From positions 12,999 through 76,998 of the forward strand of contig JANOAK010000009.1 of NCBI GenBank assembly GCA_031411095.1: DNA of 64,000 nt. Reading direction: 5' to 3'. This document shows positions 1 through 9,435 of this stretch, in pieces (the stretch's first letter is position 1; every line of letters begins with the position of its first letter). The DNA is from Flavobacteriales bacterium. Lineage in GTDB: Bacteria > Bacteroidota > Bacteroidia > Flavobacteriales_F > PHOS-HE28. The notes under the pieces were generated by a model that did not search any database, had not been told where the DNA came from, and saw only the letters and a list, made by a program, of their open reading frames with translations. The translations under genes were made by a program, and so were the position numbers.

Positions 1-407
1 AGCTCAACGGTGCCCACCCCTGAAACGGGAATGCTCAGGATCGTGTACTCTTCTCCAGCGGTCCAGTTCATGCCGGCCTGCGCCATTTCATCAAAGCCGA
101 AACCAGCGAAGACCATGTAATTGAACGTGCCATCCTCGCGCACCTGGCCGGAGCGATGGGTGTTCACGGGGGCGTTCTCCGCAGCCACAGCATCACCCAA
201 GGTGATGTCCGTGTTCTTATCCCAGCGTAGCGAGAACACCACGCTGCTGAACACGCCATTGAACTCCGACGTGGGTCGCACCTTCACTTCCAGCGCACCG
301 TTGCCGTTGTTGAAAAGCCCGATGTCCATCGTTCCCTGCGCGAACAGGGCGGCAGAGAGACCGAAGAATGCCAGAAGTGCAATGGAGCGTGAGGATGAAA
401 GGGCCAT
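1..407 (-). CDS. Partial (5' end in window) hypothetical secreted protein; N-terminus MALSSSRSIALLAFFGLSAALFAQ signal peptide; continues beyond window start
   Basis: Manual translation of minus strand: ATG at 407..405, open frame to position 1; cleavable-looking signal peptide. Not in ORF track because it runs off the edge. Confidence 0.45.
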   Translation of the reverse strand, partial: MALSSSRSIALLAFFGLSAALFAQGTMDIGLFNNGNGALEVKVRPTSEFNGVFSSVVFSLRWDKNTDITLGDAVAAENAPVNTHRSGQVREDGTFNYMVFAGFGFDEMAQAGMNWTAGEEYTILSIPVSGVGTVE

Positions 408-580
408 GTTCTGCTGGTTTAGGGTACGTGCCGCAAGGGTGCAGCAGCCACGAAGTTAGCGCATGTTCCTGCGTTCGGCAATGGGAGGGAACGGAAAGGT
501 CCAACAGCTCCATGAACACCGTTCCGTAGCCGACGGATCTCCAACGCTGGGTGCTGGCGAGGGGGTATAAAAACCAAACA

Positions 581-601
581 GGGACCTCTTCAAGAGGTCC
601 C
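581..601 (-). terminator. Rho-independent terminator candidate downstream of response regulator gene
   Basis: Perfect palindrome GGGACCTCTT-C-AAGAGGTCCC (581..601) followed on minus strand by TGTTTGGTTTTTATA T-rich tract; lies between stop of 723..1418 gene and next minus-strand gene. Confidence 0.4.
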
Positions 602-722
602 TGCGTGGTTAACCTGCAAGGATTATGGAACCAGCGTCAGCCTCGGGAAGGAAGACCCGTCGGGTCTGACAACCATAAGACGATGGGTCCCCGGAGGGGT
701 TGCCTGAGCCGGGGCGCAAAGA

Positions 723-1418
723 TCAGGGCACGAACTTGTATCCCACGCCACGAACACTATGGAAGTGCCTGGGTCTCTGAGGGTCATACTCGAAATACTT
801 GCGGAAGGCGACGATGAAATTGTCGATGGTACGGGTGGTCGGGAAAACGTCATAGCCCCAGACCTTCTGCAGGATCTCCTCCCGGCTCACGACCTCGTTC
901 TCCCGGTCCATCAGCAGCTTCAGCAGCATGATCTCCCGCTGGGTCAATCGCTTCTCCAGACCTCGCTGGCCTTTGATGTCATAGGAATCGAAATCCACCT
1001 GATTGGTGCCGAAACTGCGCTTGCTGGGACCCAGGGAATTCGGGCTGGCACCATTGCGCTGCATCAGCTTGCCCACCCGCAACAACAGTTCCTCCAGTTC
1101 GAAGGGCTTGCCCAGGTGATCATCACCGCTGCGCAATCCACGGATGCGGTCCTGGGGCAGGGAACGGGCAGTGAGGAAGAGCACGGGGGTGGAATTCCCT
1201 TCGAGCCGCATCGTTTCACAAATGGTGAAACCGTCCACATCGGGCAACATCACATCCAGGACAATGCCGTCGAAACGCGCGCCCCGGATACGGTCCAAGG
1301 CCTCGCTGCCACGCACGGCCGTCGTCACGTCATACCCTTCCAGCTCAAAATTGAGGCGGAGGGTGGAGCGCAGGCTTTCCTCATCCTCCACCAGGAGCAG
1401 TCGCTTGTTGCTTTCCAT
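723..1418 (-). CDS. OmpR/PhoB-family two-component response regulator (REC + winged-helix)
   Basis: MESNKRLLLVEDEE...DVMLPDVDGF receiver motifs (conserved Asp), C-terminal winged-helix LTQREIMLLKLL...VRGVGYKF; ORF track 723..1613 trimmed to internal ATG at 1418 where homology begins. No adjacent histidine kinase. Confidence 0.85.
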   Translation of the reverse strand: MESNKRLLLVEDEESLRSTLRLNFELEGYDVTTAVRGSEALDRIRGARFDGIVLDVMLPDVDGFTICETMRLEGNSTPVLFLTARSLPQDRIRGLRSGDDHLGKPFELEELLLRVGKLMQRNGASPNSLGPSKRSFGTNQVDFDSYDIKGQRGLEKRLTQREIMLLKLLMDRENEVVSREEILQKVWGYDVFPTTRTIDNFIVAFRKYFEYDPQRPRHFHSVRGVGYKFVP

Positions 1419-1457
1419 ATCGGTGTGCAAAGATCGTTGAGGATACCTTCGTCGCAG

Positions 1458-1877
1458 ATGATGAACGAGGAACAATTGGCACTGGCCAATTCCTTCAGCG
1501 CGGGAACCTTGATGGAGACGCTGGGCATCCGCTATATTCCTTCGCCTGAAGGCACCATCGCGGCCACCATGCCCGTGGATGCCCGTACGCTGCAACCGAT
1601 GGGCCTGTTGCACGGTGGAGCCACGGTGGCGCTGGCCGAATCACTCGGCAGTGTTGGCAGCTACATGCTGGTGGACCGCGAGAAGCAGGCCGTGGTGGGG
1701 CTGGAGGTGAACGCCAACCACCTGCGTTCGGCGCGCAGTGGGTTCGTGAAAGCCACTGGTACGTTGGTGCACAAGGGGAGGACCACGCATGTCTGGGACA
1801 TCCGCGTGACGAATGACACGGACGAATTGCTGGCGTTGTGTAGATTGACCAACCTGATCATAGAGAAACGGACATGA
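1458..1877 (+). CDS. PaaI/YdiI-type hotdog thioesterase; candidate 1,4-dihydroxy-2-naphthoyl-CoA hydrolase (MenI-like)
   Basis: C-terminal 139 aa of ORF 759..1877 has hotdog PaaI motif LLHGGATVALAESLGS; ATG at 1458; stop overlaps menF start (ATGA at 1874). Confidence 0.7.
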   Translation: MMNEEQLALANSFSAGTLMETLGIRYIPSPEGTIAATMPVDARTLQPMGLLHGGATVALAESLGSVGSYMLVDREKQAVVGLEVNANHLRSARSGFVKATGTLVHKGRTTHVWDIRVTNDTDELLALCRLTNLIIEKRT

Positions 1878-2977
1878 GCAAGGAGGAGACCCTGCACACC
1901 GCATTGCGGTGGTGCATTGAACAGCGGCTCACGTTCGCAGCCTTCCGCTCGCCCGATCAGCATGTTCAGATCTGGGCGCAGCGCACGCCGGACCTGGAGA
2001 CCGTGGATGGGGCCTTGATGTGGGAACTGAACGAGGTGTTCGTGCTCGCTCCATTCCAACTCGATGCCACCAAGGTGCCCTTCATCCGATCGGATGTGGA
2101 ACTGGAGTTCGGCGAGTTCGGACCGGACATCGATCCCTTGAAGGAATGCGCGGGTGCCGACCAACGCACGTGGCCCTTGCCTGCGATCACGGACGCTGCG
2201 GCGTTCCAAGGGCAGGTGACCAAGGCCCGGGAGGCGCTCGTGCGCGGTGAAATGGAGAAGGTGGTGCTCTCCCGCGTGATGCACACGCCGATGCATGCGG
2301 CGCATGCGGTGGACCTGTTCCTGCGCGCTGTACGTGAGCAACCGCAGGCCTTTGTGGCCATGGCCAACACCCCGGACCACGGCCTGTGGCTGGGCGCCAC
2401 CCCCGAGCGCCTCGTGCTCGAGGAAGAGGACCACGTGACCGTGGACGCGTTGGCGGGGACCATGAAGAAGGAACTGGCTCCCTCGGACCACCAGGCCTGG
2501 GGCGCCAAGGAGCGACACGAACAAGCGGTGGTGGCCGACGCGGTGCTGGCCACCTTCAAACGGCTGGATCTGCAGAACATCCAGCGTGGGCCCACCGAAG
2601 TGTTGTCCAGCGCCAACATCGCTCACCTGCGCACACGGATCGAGGCTGACCTGGGCGTGAGCACCCTGAGCGATCTGGTGGTGGCCCTGCATCCCACGCC
2701 AGCGGTGTGCGGTATGCCAGCCGATAAGGCGCGTGGCTTCATCGGGTCGCACGAAGCGCATGATCGCGGCCTGTATGCGGGCTTCTGGGGTCCATGGAAT
2801 CCGGATGGTCGTACCGAGCTGTACGTGAACATCCGCTGCCTGCGTGTGTTCAACGAAGTGGCCTTGCTGTATGTGGGAGCGGGCATCACAGCGGGTTCCG
2901 ATCCGCAGCGTGAATGGGACGAGACCGAACACAAGGCGGCGATGTGGCTGCTGCCCATCATGTCGCTGGAGGGCTGA
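1874..2977 (+). CDS. menF: Isochorismate synthase (menaquinone-specific)
   Basis: 367-aa ORF with chorismate-utilising enzyme C-terminal domain (GAGITAGSDPQREWDETEHK); first gene of men cluster. Confidence 0.85.
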   Translation: MSKEETLHTALRWCIEQRLTFAAFRSPDQHVQIWAQRTPDLETVDGALMWELNEVFVLAPFQLDATKVPFIRSDVELEFGEFGPDIDPLKECAGADQRTWPLPAITDAAAFQGQVTKAREALVRGEMEKVVLSRVMHTPMHAAHAVDLFLRAVREQPQAFVAMANTPDHGLWLGATPERLVLEEEDHVTVDALAGTMKKELAPSDHQAWGAKERHEQAVVADAVLATFKRLDLQNIQRGPTEVLSSANIAHLRTRIEADLGVSTLSDLVVALHPTPAVCGMPADKARGFIGSHEAHDRGLYAGFWGPWNPDGRTELYVNIRCLRVFNEVALLYVGAGITAGSDPQREWDETEHKAAMWLLPIMSLEG

Positions 2978-3030
2978 AGGATACTTTCGCGCAGCCACAG
3001 ACCCTGCAAGCCGGGGCAAGGCCCCGAGGG

Positions 3031-4725
3031 ATGCAAACGAGCGATCACTTTTCCGCAGCCGAGCTGGCGCGTATTTGCGCGGCGAAAGGCGTGCGCCATG
3101 TGGTGATCAGTCCGGGCAGCCGCAGCGCGCCCCTGGTGATCGCGTTCCATCGGCAGCCGGAGATCCAATGCCTGCAGGTGATCGATGAGCGCAGCGCCGG
3201 CTTCTTCGCCCTGGGCATGGCGCAACAACTGCATGCGCCCGTGGCCTTGATCTGTACGAGCGGAAGTGCGGTGCTGAACTACGGACCCGCCATCGCCGAA
3301 GCTTACTACCAGCGCATACCGCTGCTGGTGATCACCGCGGACCGTCCCGAGGAATGGGTGGACCAGGGTGAAGGACAGGCCATCCGGCAACAAGGCGTGC
3401 TCGCCCTGCACATGAAGCGCAGTGTGCAACTTCCGCGAACCTTCACGGATGAACTTTCGCGTTGGCATTGTGGACGGTTGATCAACGAGGCGATCGATGC
3501 CACGCTGCTGCCTGTCCCCGGTCCGGTGCATGTGAACGTGCCCTTCGCCGAGCCCCTTTATGGCCATACCGAGGATCAGGGAGATTCACGGCTGATCGCC
3601 CCGGTGATGAGCGAGGCCTTCATCCTTCCTGACCATGCGCGCTGGCTGATCCATCAGCTTTCCACATCCCGCAAGGTGATGGTGCTCGCCGGGCAGGGCG
3701 TATGGAGCGAGGGACTGAAGAAGCAGCTCCTGCAGCTCGCGTCGCTTCCGCAGGTCACGGTGCACACAGAAGCCACCTCCAACCTCGATGATCCCGCGTT
3801 CATCGCGTGCATCGACCGTGTGATCGAAGGGGTGAACGATGCGAACGAGCAGGACCTGCGGCCCGACCTGCTGATCACCTTCGGTGGCGCCATCGTGAGC
3901 AAGCGGGTGAAAACGCTGATGCGCAAATGGCGGCCAGCGCAACATTGGCATATCGACCTGGGCCAGCGGCATTACGACACCTACCAGAGCCTCACGCACG
4001 ACATCGCCGTCTCGCCCGAGGTCTTCTTCGCACAGATCGCCGAGGCCGTGGTAGCGTCCACCCATCGCGTGGAAAGCATCTATGGCGAAGCTTGGAAGAT
4101 GCTGGACCAACGCACGCGTGCCGCACATGATCGCATCCTGGCCCAGGCGCCTTTCTGCGACCTTACGGTGTTCCGGATGTTGATGGAGCGTATCCCTGCA
4201 GGCAGCGATGTGCATCTGGCGAACAGCACGCCGGCCCGCTATGCACAGATCTTCGATCGTGTTCGCGGGCAGCGCTGGTTCAGCAACCGCGGCACGAGCG
4301 GCATCGATGGGTGCACGAGCACCGCCGTAGGCGCAGCGCATGCCACCCAACGGCCCACGACGCTGATAACGGGTGACACCGCGTTCTGTTACGACAGCAA
4401 TGCGTTCTGGAACGCGCACCTCTCCGCGCAGTTGAAGGTGATCGTGATCGACAACGGCGGTGGCAACATCTTCCGCTACATCGAGGGACCGGATACCGAC
4501 GCGGAGCTGCTGCCCTACTTCGAAGCACCGCACACGCGCAACATCGAGAAGCTGGTGATGAGCTATGACCTGCCGTACTACCGCGCGCACGATGCGGCTT
4601 CACTCGCGGATGCGTTGGACAAGCTGTATGCCGCGCATGATCGACAGGCCGTCCTGCACGTGGTGACCAACGCGGTCCTGTCGCCGAAAGTGTTGCGCGA
4701 CTACTTCAAACAACTGCGTTCGTGA
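3031..4725 (+). CDS. menD: 2-succinyl-5-enolpyruvyl-6-hydroxy-3-cyclohexene-1-carboxylate synthase (ThDP enzyme)
   Basis: ThDP-dependent enzyme motifs (GSRSAPL, GIDG...GDTAF..DNGGGNIF); start moved to ATG 3031 (MQTSDHFSAAELARI) to avoid overlap with menF. Confidence 0.9.
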   Translation: MQTSDHFSAAELARICAAKGVRHVVISPGSRSAPLVIAFHRQPEIQCLQVIDERSAGFFALGMAQQLHAPVALICTSGSAVLNYGPAIAEAYYQRIPLLVITADRPEEWVDQGEGQAIRQQGVLALHMKRSVQLPRTFTDELSRWHCGRLINEAIDATLLPVPGPVHVNVPFAEPLYGHTEDQGDSRLIAPVMSEAFILPDHARWLIHQLSTSRKVMVLAGQGVWSEGLKKQLLQLASLPQVTVHTEATSNLDDPAFIACIDRVIEGVNDANEQDLRPDLLITFGGAIVSKRVKTLMRKWRPAQHWHIDLGQRHYDTYQSLTHDIAVSPEVFFAQIAEAVVASTHRVESIYGEAWKMLDQRTRAAHDRILAQAPFCDLTVFRMLMERIPAGSDVHLANSTPARYAQIFDRVRGQRWFSNRGTSGIDGCTSTAVGAAHATQRPTTLITGDTAFCYDSNAFWNAHLSAQLKVIVIDNGGGNIFRYIEGPDTDAELLPYFEAPHTRNIEKLVMSYDLPYYRAHDAASLADALDKLYAAHDRQAVLHVVTNAVLSPKVLRDYFKQLRS

Positions 4726-5627
4726 ATCCCTGGCTGCATGCCTTCCGCCTGCGCACATTGCCTTTGGCCGTGAGCAGCATCCTGGTAGGTAGTGCGTTGG
4801 CCCATGTGGCGGATAGCTACAACGGTGTCCAGCAATTCAATCCGGCAATCCTTGTCCTTGCGCTGCTCACCGCCATTCTCCTGCAGGTCCTCAGCAACCT
4901 GGCGAACGACCTGGGCGACCACCAGCATGGCACGGACAATGAGGCGCGTGTTGGGCCTCAGCGGGCGGTGCAGAGCGGTGCCATCTCACCGGCGGCGATG
5001 AAACGTGCGATGCTGATCTGCGGAGCGCTGGCGCTCATCGCGGGTTGCACGTTGATCACCGTGGCGCTCGGCGTTACAATGTGGACATTGGCCTTTTTTC
5101 TCATCGGTCTTGCGGCCATCGGCGCGGCGGTGAAGTACACCTTCGGGAAGAACCCATACGGTTATGCCGGGCTCGGCGACGCGAGCGTGTTCCTCTTCTT
5201 CGGTATTGTGGGCGTGTGTGGTACGTTCTATCTGCACACGCGAGGCTTGCATCCGGCCGTGCTCCTGCCCGCGGTGGCCTTCGGACTGTTGAGCACGGGC
5301 GTATTGAACGTGAACAACATGCGCGACATCCACAACGATGCGGCCAGCGGAAAGCGGACGCTGGTGGTGCGCATGGGCAGCGCCAACGCTCGCATCTATC
5401 ACACGTTCCTGGTAGTAGGCGGTGTCGCCTGTCTCGTTGCGTTCACGCTGCGGACCCGATGTCCGCTGCAATGGATGTACCTGCCCGCATTACTTCTTCC
5501 ACTTGTACACCTCGTCATGGTGTGGCGAACGGCTGAGCCCCGCGACCTGGATCCGCAATTGAAAGTGCTCGCACTGAGCACCTTCCTCATCGCCTTGCTC
5601 TTTTCCTTCGGCTTATTCCTTTGGTGA
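4722..5627 (+). CDS. menA: 1,4-dihydroxy-2-naphthoate polyprenyltransferase (UbiA family)
   Basis: Polytopic UbiA-family protein, NDxxDxxxD-type motif (NLANDLGDHQHGTD); ATGA overlap with menD. Confidence 0.9.
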   Translation: MNPWLHAFRLRTLPLAVSSILVGSALAHVADSYNGVQQFNPAILVLALLTAILLQVLSNLANDLGDHQHGTDNEARVGPQRAVQSGAISPAAMKRAMLICGALALIAGCTLITVALGVTMWTLAFFLIGLAAIGAAVKYTFGKNPYGYAGLGDASVFLFFGIVGVCGTFYLHTRGLHPAVLLPAVAFGLLSTGVLNVNNMRDIHNDAASGKRTLVVRMGSANARIYHTFLVVGGVACLVAFTLRTRCPLQWMYLPALLLPLVHLVMVWRTAEPRDLDPQLKVLALSTFLIALLFSFGLFLW

Positions 5628-6683
5628 ATGCTCCGCGCGCGCTGGATCGAACATGTCCTGCATCCCCGCTTCGAACTGGGGACGAGCAAGGGCGTGATCA
5701 CCGACCGCACGGTATGGTACCTCATGGCCTGGCAAAGCGATCGGCCGGAGGTGGTCGGCATCGGCGAGGCTGCGCTCTTCCCCGGTCACAGCAAGGAATA
5801 CCCAGCCGATGTGAAAGCGAAGTTGCTCGAGCTGTGCGCCGACACCTCCGACTGGGAACTGCGGTTGCACACCGATCTGGTGAACGTGCCGAGCGTTCGC
5901 TTCGCGGTTGAACAGTGCCTGCGCGATCTGCAGGTCGGCGGATCCAAGAACCTGTTCCCCTCCGACTTCACCATCGGTCGCAGCGCCATACCCATCAATG
6001 GGCTGGTGTGGATGGGGGACAGGTCGATCATGAAGCAGCGCATCCGCGAGCAGATCGAAAGCGGGCATACCACGGTGAAGATGAAGATCGGGGCGATCGG
6101 GCTCGCCGATGAATTGGACCTGCTTCGCGCGGTGCGGGCGGAGTTCAGCGAACAGGACCTCGTGCTGCGCGTGGATGCGAACGGTGCATTCACCCCGACC
6201 GAGGTTCCTGGCGTGTTATTGCAGTTGGCCGACCTGCGGGTCCACAGCATTGAACAGCCGGTGGCGCCAGGGCTCTACGAGGTCATGGCCGACCTCTGTG
6301 CCACCTCGCCAGTGCCCATCGCCCTCGATGAGGACCTCATCGGCCTGAACACTCCGGGGTCCAAGGTGGATCTGCTGGAGAGTATCCGTCCCCAGTTCAT
6401 CGTCATCAAGCCGAGCCTGGTGGGTGGGTGGGCGGCCACCCAGCAGTGGATAGACCTGGCCGGGGCGCGCAACATCGGGTGGTGGATCACCTCGGCCTTG
6501 GAGAGCAGCATTGGGTTGAACGCGATCGCGCAATACACCGCGACGCTGGGCGTGAGCATCGCGCAAGGCTTGGGCACGGGGCGAGTGTACACGAACAATA
6601 TCCCGTCGCCCTTGGAAGCGGACCGTGGTCTGCTGCATTATCGACCCGAGGTGGAGTGGGACCTGTCATCGCTACTACGATAA
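5628..6683 (+). CDS. menC: o-succinylbenzoate synthase (enolase superfamily)
   Basis: Enolase-superfamily barrel motifs (VKMKIG, VDANGAF, IEQP, ALDED); immediately follows menA. Confidence 0.85.
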   Translation: MLRARWIEHVLHPRFELGTSKGVITDRTVWYLMAWQSDRPEVVGIGEAALFPGHSKEYPADVKAKLLELCADTSDWELRLHTDLVNVPSVRFAVEQCLRDLQVGGSKNLFPSDFTIGRSAIPINGLVWMGDRSIMKQRIREQIESGHTTVKMKIGAIGLADELDLLRAVRAEFSEQDLVLRVDANGAFTPTEVPGVLLQLADLRVHSIEQPVAPGLYEVMADLCATSPVPIALDEDLIGLNTPGSKVDLLESIRPQFIVIKPSLVGGWAATQQWIDLAGARNIGWWITSALESSIGLNAIAQYTATLGVSIAQGLGTGRVYTNNIPSPLEADRGLLHYRPEVEWDLSSLLR

Positions 6684-6692
6684 GGAGCGCGT

Positions 6693-7817
6693 ATGGCCTC
6701 GCCCTTCAACACGCTCACGATCGATGGTCGCACGCTTCACGGAGCGGAGATCACTGCATGGGCCGAGGAATTGGTGCGGCGCGAACACGGTGCTCCCTGG
6801 AGCGAGGAACTGCGCAATGTGTTGCGGATGCTCACCAGCGTTGATGGCTCGATCACCGCGCGAACGAGCGGCACTACCGGGGAACCCAAGGAGTTGCATT
6901 TCAGCGCCGCCGACCTCCGGGCCAGCGCTCGCCTGACCGGTCACACCTTTCGCCTGAGACAGGGGGATAGGGTCTTGCTCTGCCTGCCGTGCAATTTCAT
7001 CGCCGGACGGATGATGCTGGTGCGCGCGTGCGTGATCGGCCTGGACCTGCATGTCGTTGACCCCGCCGGACCCGTGCTCGACAAGCTGGACCCTTCGGAC
7101 CGATACCAATTCACCGCCATGGTGCCACAACAGTTGCATCGGGCGTTGCAGGATGACCGCCGACGGGTGGAGCGCCAGTTCGGAACGATCCTTCTGGGCG
7201 GAGGTCCGGTGAGCGCTGCGTTGGAGCAGGACATCCGAGGTCTGAACGTGCGGGTATTCCACAGCTATGGCAGCACGGAGACCTTGACGCATGTGGCCAT
7301 CCGCGAATTGAGCGGTGCACGTGCAACACCCGTCCTCGACGCCATTGGCGATATCACTTTCGACGAGGATGCTCGCGGCTGTTTGATCATCAATACCCCA
7401 CACCTCAGCGTTCGCAGGCATGTCACCAACGATCTGGTGGAGCTCAGGGATGAACGTCATTTCCGGTGGTTGGGCCGGTACGATCATATGATCCTGAGCG
7501 GCGGTCGGAAGATCAATCCGGAAGCTTTGGAGGCGCGCACCGCAGGCATCATTCCCTACGCACACTATTTCGCGGCCTACGAGGAGCAGGGCCACGGACA
7601 AGGCGTATTGATGGTGGTGGCCTCCGATCGTCCAGCTCCTGAACTGGTCGATGAACTGGGTGGCCTGTTACGGGGAGAGCTCGGCCGGCAGGAACTACCG
7701 CAACGGCTCATCGCCGTGGATCATATCCCGCGTACGGCCTCCGGCAAGATCATCCGCACCGGTTTCTGGGACGATGTACGGGACTCGGTCCTGTTCCGGG
7801 CGGCTGACAAAGTCTAG
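6693..7817 (+). CDS. menE: o-succinylbenzoate--CoA ligase (AMP-binding)
   Basis: AMP-binding motifs TSGTTGEPK, YGSTET, GKI; positioned after menC. Confidence 0.85.
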   Translation: MASPFNTLTIDGRTLHGAEITAWAEELVRREHGAPWSEELRNVLRMLTSVDGSITARTSGTTGEPKELHFSAADLRASARLTGHTFRLRQGDRVLLCLPCNFIAGRMMLVRACVIGLDLHVVDPAGPVLDKLDPSDRYQFTAMVPQQLHRALQDDRRRVERQFGTILLGGGPVSAALEQDIRGLNVRVFHSYGSTETLTHVAIRELSGARATPVLDAIGDITFDEDARGCLIINTPHLSVRRHVTNDLVELRDERHFRWLGRYDHMILSGGRKINPEALEARTAGIIPYAHYFAAYEEQGHGQGVLMVVASDRPAPELVDELGGLLRGELGRQELPQRLIAVDHIPRTASGKIIRTGFWDDVRDSVLFRAADKV

Positions 7818-8588
7818 TTCCACCATGGTCGAGGCGGTCCGCAGGCTACCGATCAACACATCGATGCAGAGGATGAGGCCGAGCATCTCGCAGATCTCCT
7901 CCAGCGTGTACACGGCGATGTAGAGCGGACTCACATACAGGTGGCAGGTGCCTTCCTCGTATGCGCCGCAGGGCATGAAGGTCATCTGCGCCGATGTCAT
8001 GATCGACGGTTGAAGGGGCTCTGCGATCTTGCCGCTGAGCATTTCGAGGAACACCGCGCCGAACACGTACACGGCTCCGCTCACCACCAGTCGGACGCGC
8101 AGGTCGCCGTTCAGTGCGATGAACCATCGGGTAAGCCAGAGCGCCAGGCCGATGGCAGCGATGCCATAAGGGATCACCCACGCGTAGTAGAGCCAACCGA
8201 ACACCGTGCCCGAGGTGGATCCATGGTTGAGGAGCCGGAGCGTAACGAACATGAACTTCTCGTGGATCTGCGAGCCTTCATCGATGCCCAGGAAGATGAA
8301 CACGCCGCACAAGGTGTACCACCCCCTGGCCAGGACGCCTTCGTTATTCCGGGCAATGATGGCCATCAACAAGGCGCCCATGAAGAACAGGAGCGCATTG
8401 AGGTCGGTGGGGAGATTGGACTCCAGGTCGAGGTCGAACAGTTCGGTCATCGCCTGTACCCTGTACTCCAGGACAAGGTGAGCGAAGACCACCACGAGAT
8501 GCAGGGCGACGAGGCCGCCCAACGTGTACAGAAGCACCCTAGGAATACGCGAGGCGGATATTCTGAGCGGTGGACCGGAGTTGCTCAT
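7695..8588 (-). CDS. Polytopic inner-membrane protein, unknown function
   Basis: 297-aa ORF with about 7 hydrophobic helices; 3' 123 nt overlap menE on the opposite strand (stop only at 7695). Confidence 0.5.
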   Translation of the reverse strand: MSNSGPPLRISASRIPRVLLYTLGGLVALHLVVVFAHLVLEYRVQAMTELFDLDLESNLPTDLNALLFFMGALLMAIIARNNEGVLARGWYTLCGVFIFLGIDEGSQIHEKFMFVTLRLLNHGSTSGTVFGWLYYAWVIPYGIAAIGLALWLTRWFIALNGDLRVRLVVSGAVYVFGAVFLEMLSGKIAEPLQPSIMTSAQMTFMPCGAYEEGTCHLYVSPLYIAVYTLEEICEMLGLILCIDVLIGSLRTASTMVELDFVSRPEQDRVPYIVPETGADDLAGGRTRDMIHGDEPLR

Positions 8589-8695
8589 ATGTTCGCAGGA
8601 ACTCGTCCGCGATCAAGACACAGCAAATCACCCTGCCTGCTCAACAGGAGCAAACAGAGGCAGAGAAGACAACGGCCGTATTGGCGAACGAACGA

Positions 8696-8845
8696 TTACT
8701 TGTTCCCCATGATCTTGAACATGCCTGTACCGCAGACGGGGCACGTGCCCTTCATCGCTTTGCGGCCATTGGCCATGGTATTCTCCTTGGGGTCCTTCAT
8801 GTCGCGCTTTGCTTTGCACTTCACACAATATGCTTCTACTGCCAT
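8696..8845 (-). CDS. Small zinc-ribbon protein (DUF5679-like), 49 aa
   Basis: Manual translation: MAVEAYCVKCKAKRDMKDPKENTMANGRKAMKGTCPVCGTGMFKIMGNK; two CxxC pairs; below the ORF-track size cutoff. Confidence 0.6.
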   Translation of the reverse strand: MAVEAYCVKCKAKRDMKDPKENTMANGRKAMKGTCPVCGTGMFKIMGNK

Positions 8846-8982
8846 GTTCAGGTGTGTTGGTCTTGTGATCTGATCGCTTTCAGTTTTGGAAAGTTAAGTA
8901 ACGGATCCGGAACATCAGGATGATGGCCGGTCAGTTTTGAACGATCATACCGGAGGTCGGGTTTCAACCGTGAAGGTCCGCA

Positions 8983-9435
8983 CTAAGGAAGCAGCATGTC
9001 AATATGCGGGATGCCGTCCCACATGTACGCCTCACTCGTTCGGCGGAACCCGAGCGAAGCATAGAAGTCGTGGAGATGCGCCTGTGCGGAAAGCGCCACC
9101 GGGACCGGGCCGAACAGCGCCCGGCAGCGGGCGATGGCTTCGATCATGACGGCCCGTCCAAGCTGTTCCCTGCGGTGATCAGGTTGCACAACCACCCGTC
9201 CGATGTGGGGATGTCCGTCCGCCGAGGGCGGTAACAATCGGGCGTAACAGAGCAGCAGGCCATCGGGCCCACGCGCGAAGAGATGGATGGCCGATGGATC
9301 CTGGCCATCGATCTCAGGGTAGGGGCATTGTTGTTCCACCACGAAGACATCCACGCGCAACCGCAGGATCGCATGCAGTTCATCCACGCTGAGCGCAGGG
9401 AACGGCAGGCACTTCCACTCCGGCGTGTGGCTCAT
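8983..9435 (-). CDS. GNAT family N-acetyltransferase (ElaA-like)
   Basis: 150 aa; acetyl-CoA binding core VVVQPDHRREQLGRAVM; 4-bp overlap with upstream helicase gene. Confidence 0.8.
   Translation of the reverse strand: MSHTPEWKCLPFPALSVDELHAILRLRVDVFVVEQQCPYPEIDGQDPSAIHLFARGPDGLLLCYARLLPPSADGHPHIGRVVVQPDHRREQLGRAVMIEAIARCRALFGPVPVALSAQAHLHDFYASLGFRRTSEAYMWDGIPHIDMLLP

Noticed and set aside
121-519. ORF-track ORFs 121..459 (+) and 217..519 (-)
   Set aside because: No domain features. They overlap a minus-strand frame that reads as a bona fide signal-peptide protein (<1..407) and an intergenic terminator region.
6681-6687. TAAGGAG Shine-Dalgarno-like sequence before menE
   Set aside because: An isolated occurrence. 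Other genes here lack an SD, as expected for Bacteroidota, so it is probably coincidental coding sequence of menC's 3' end.
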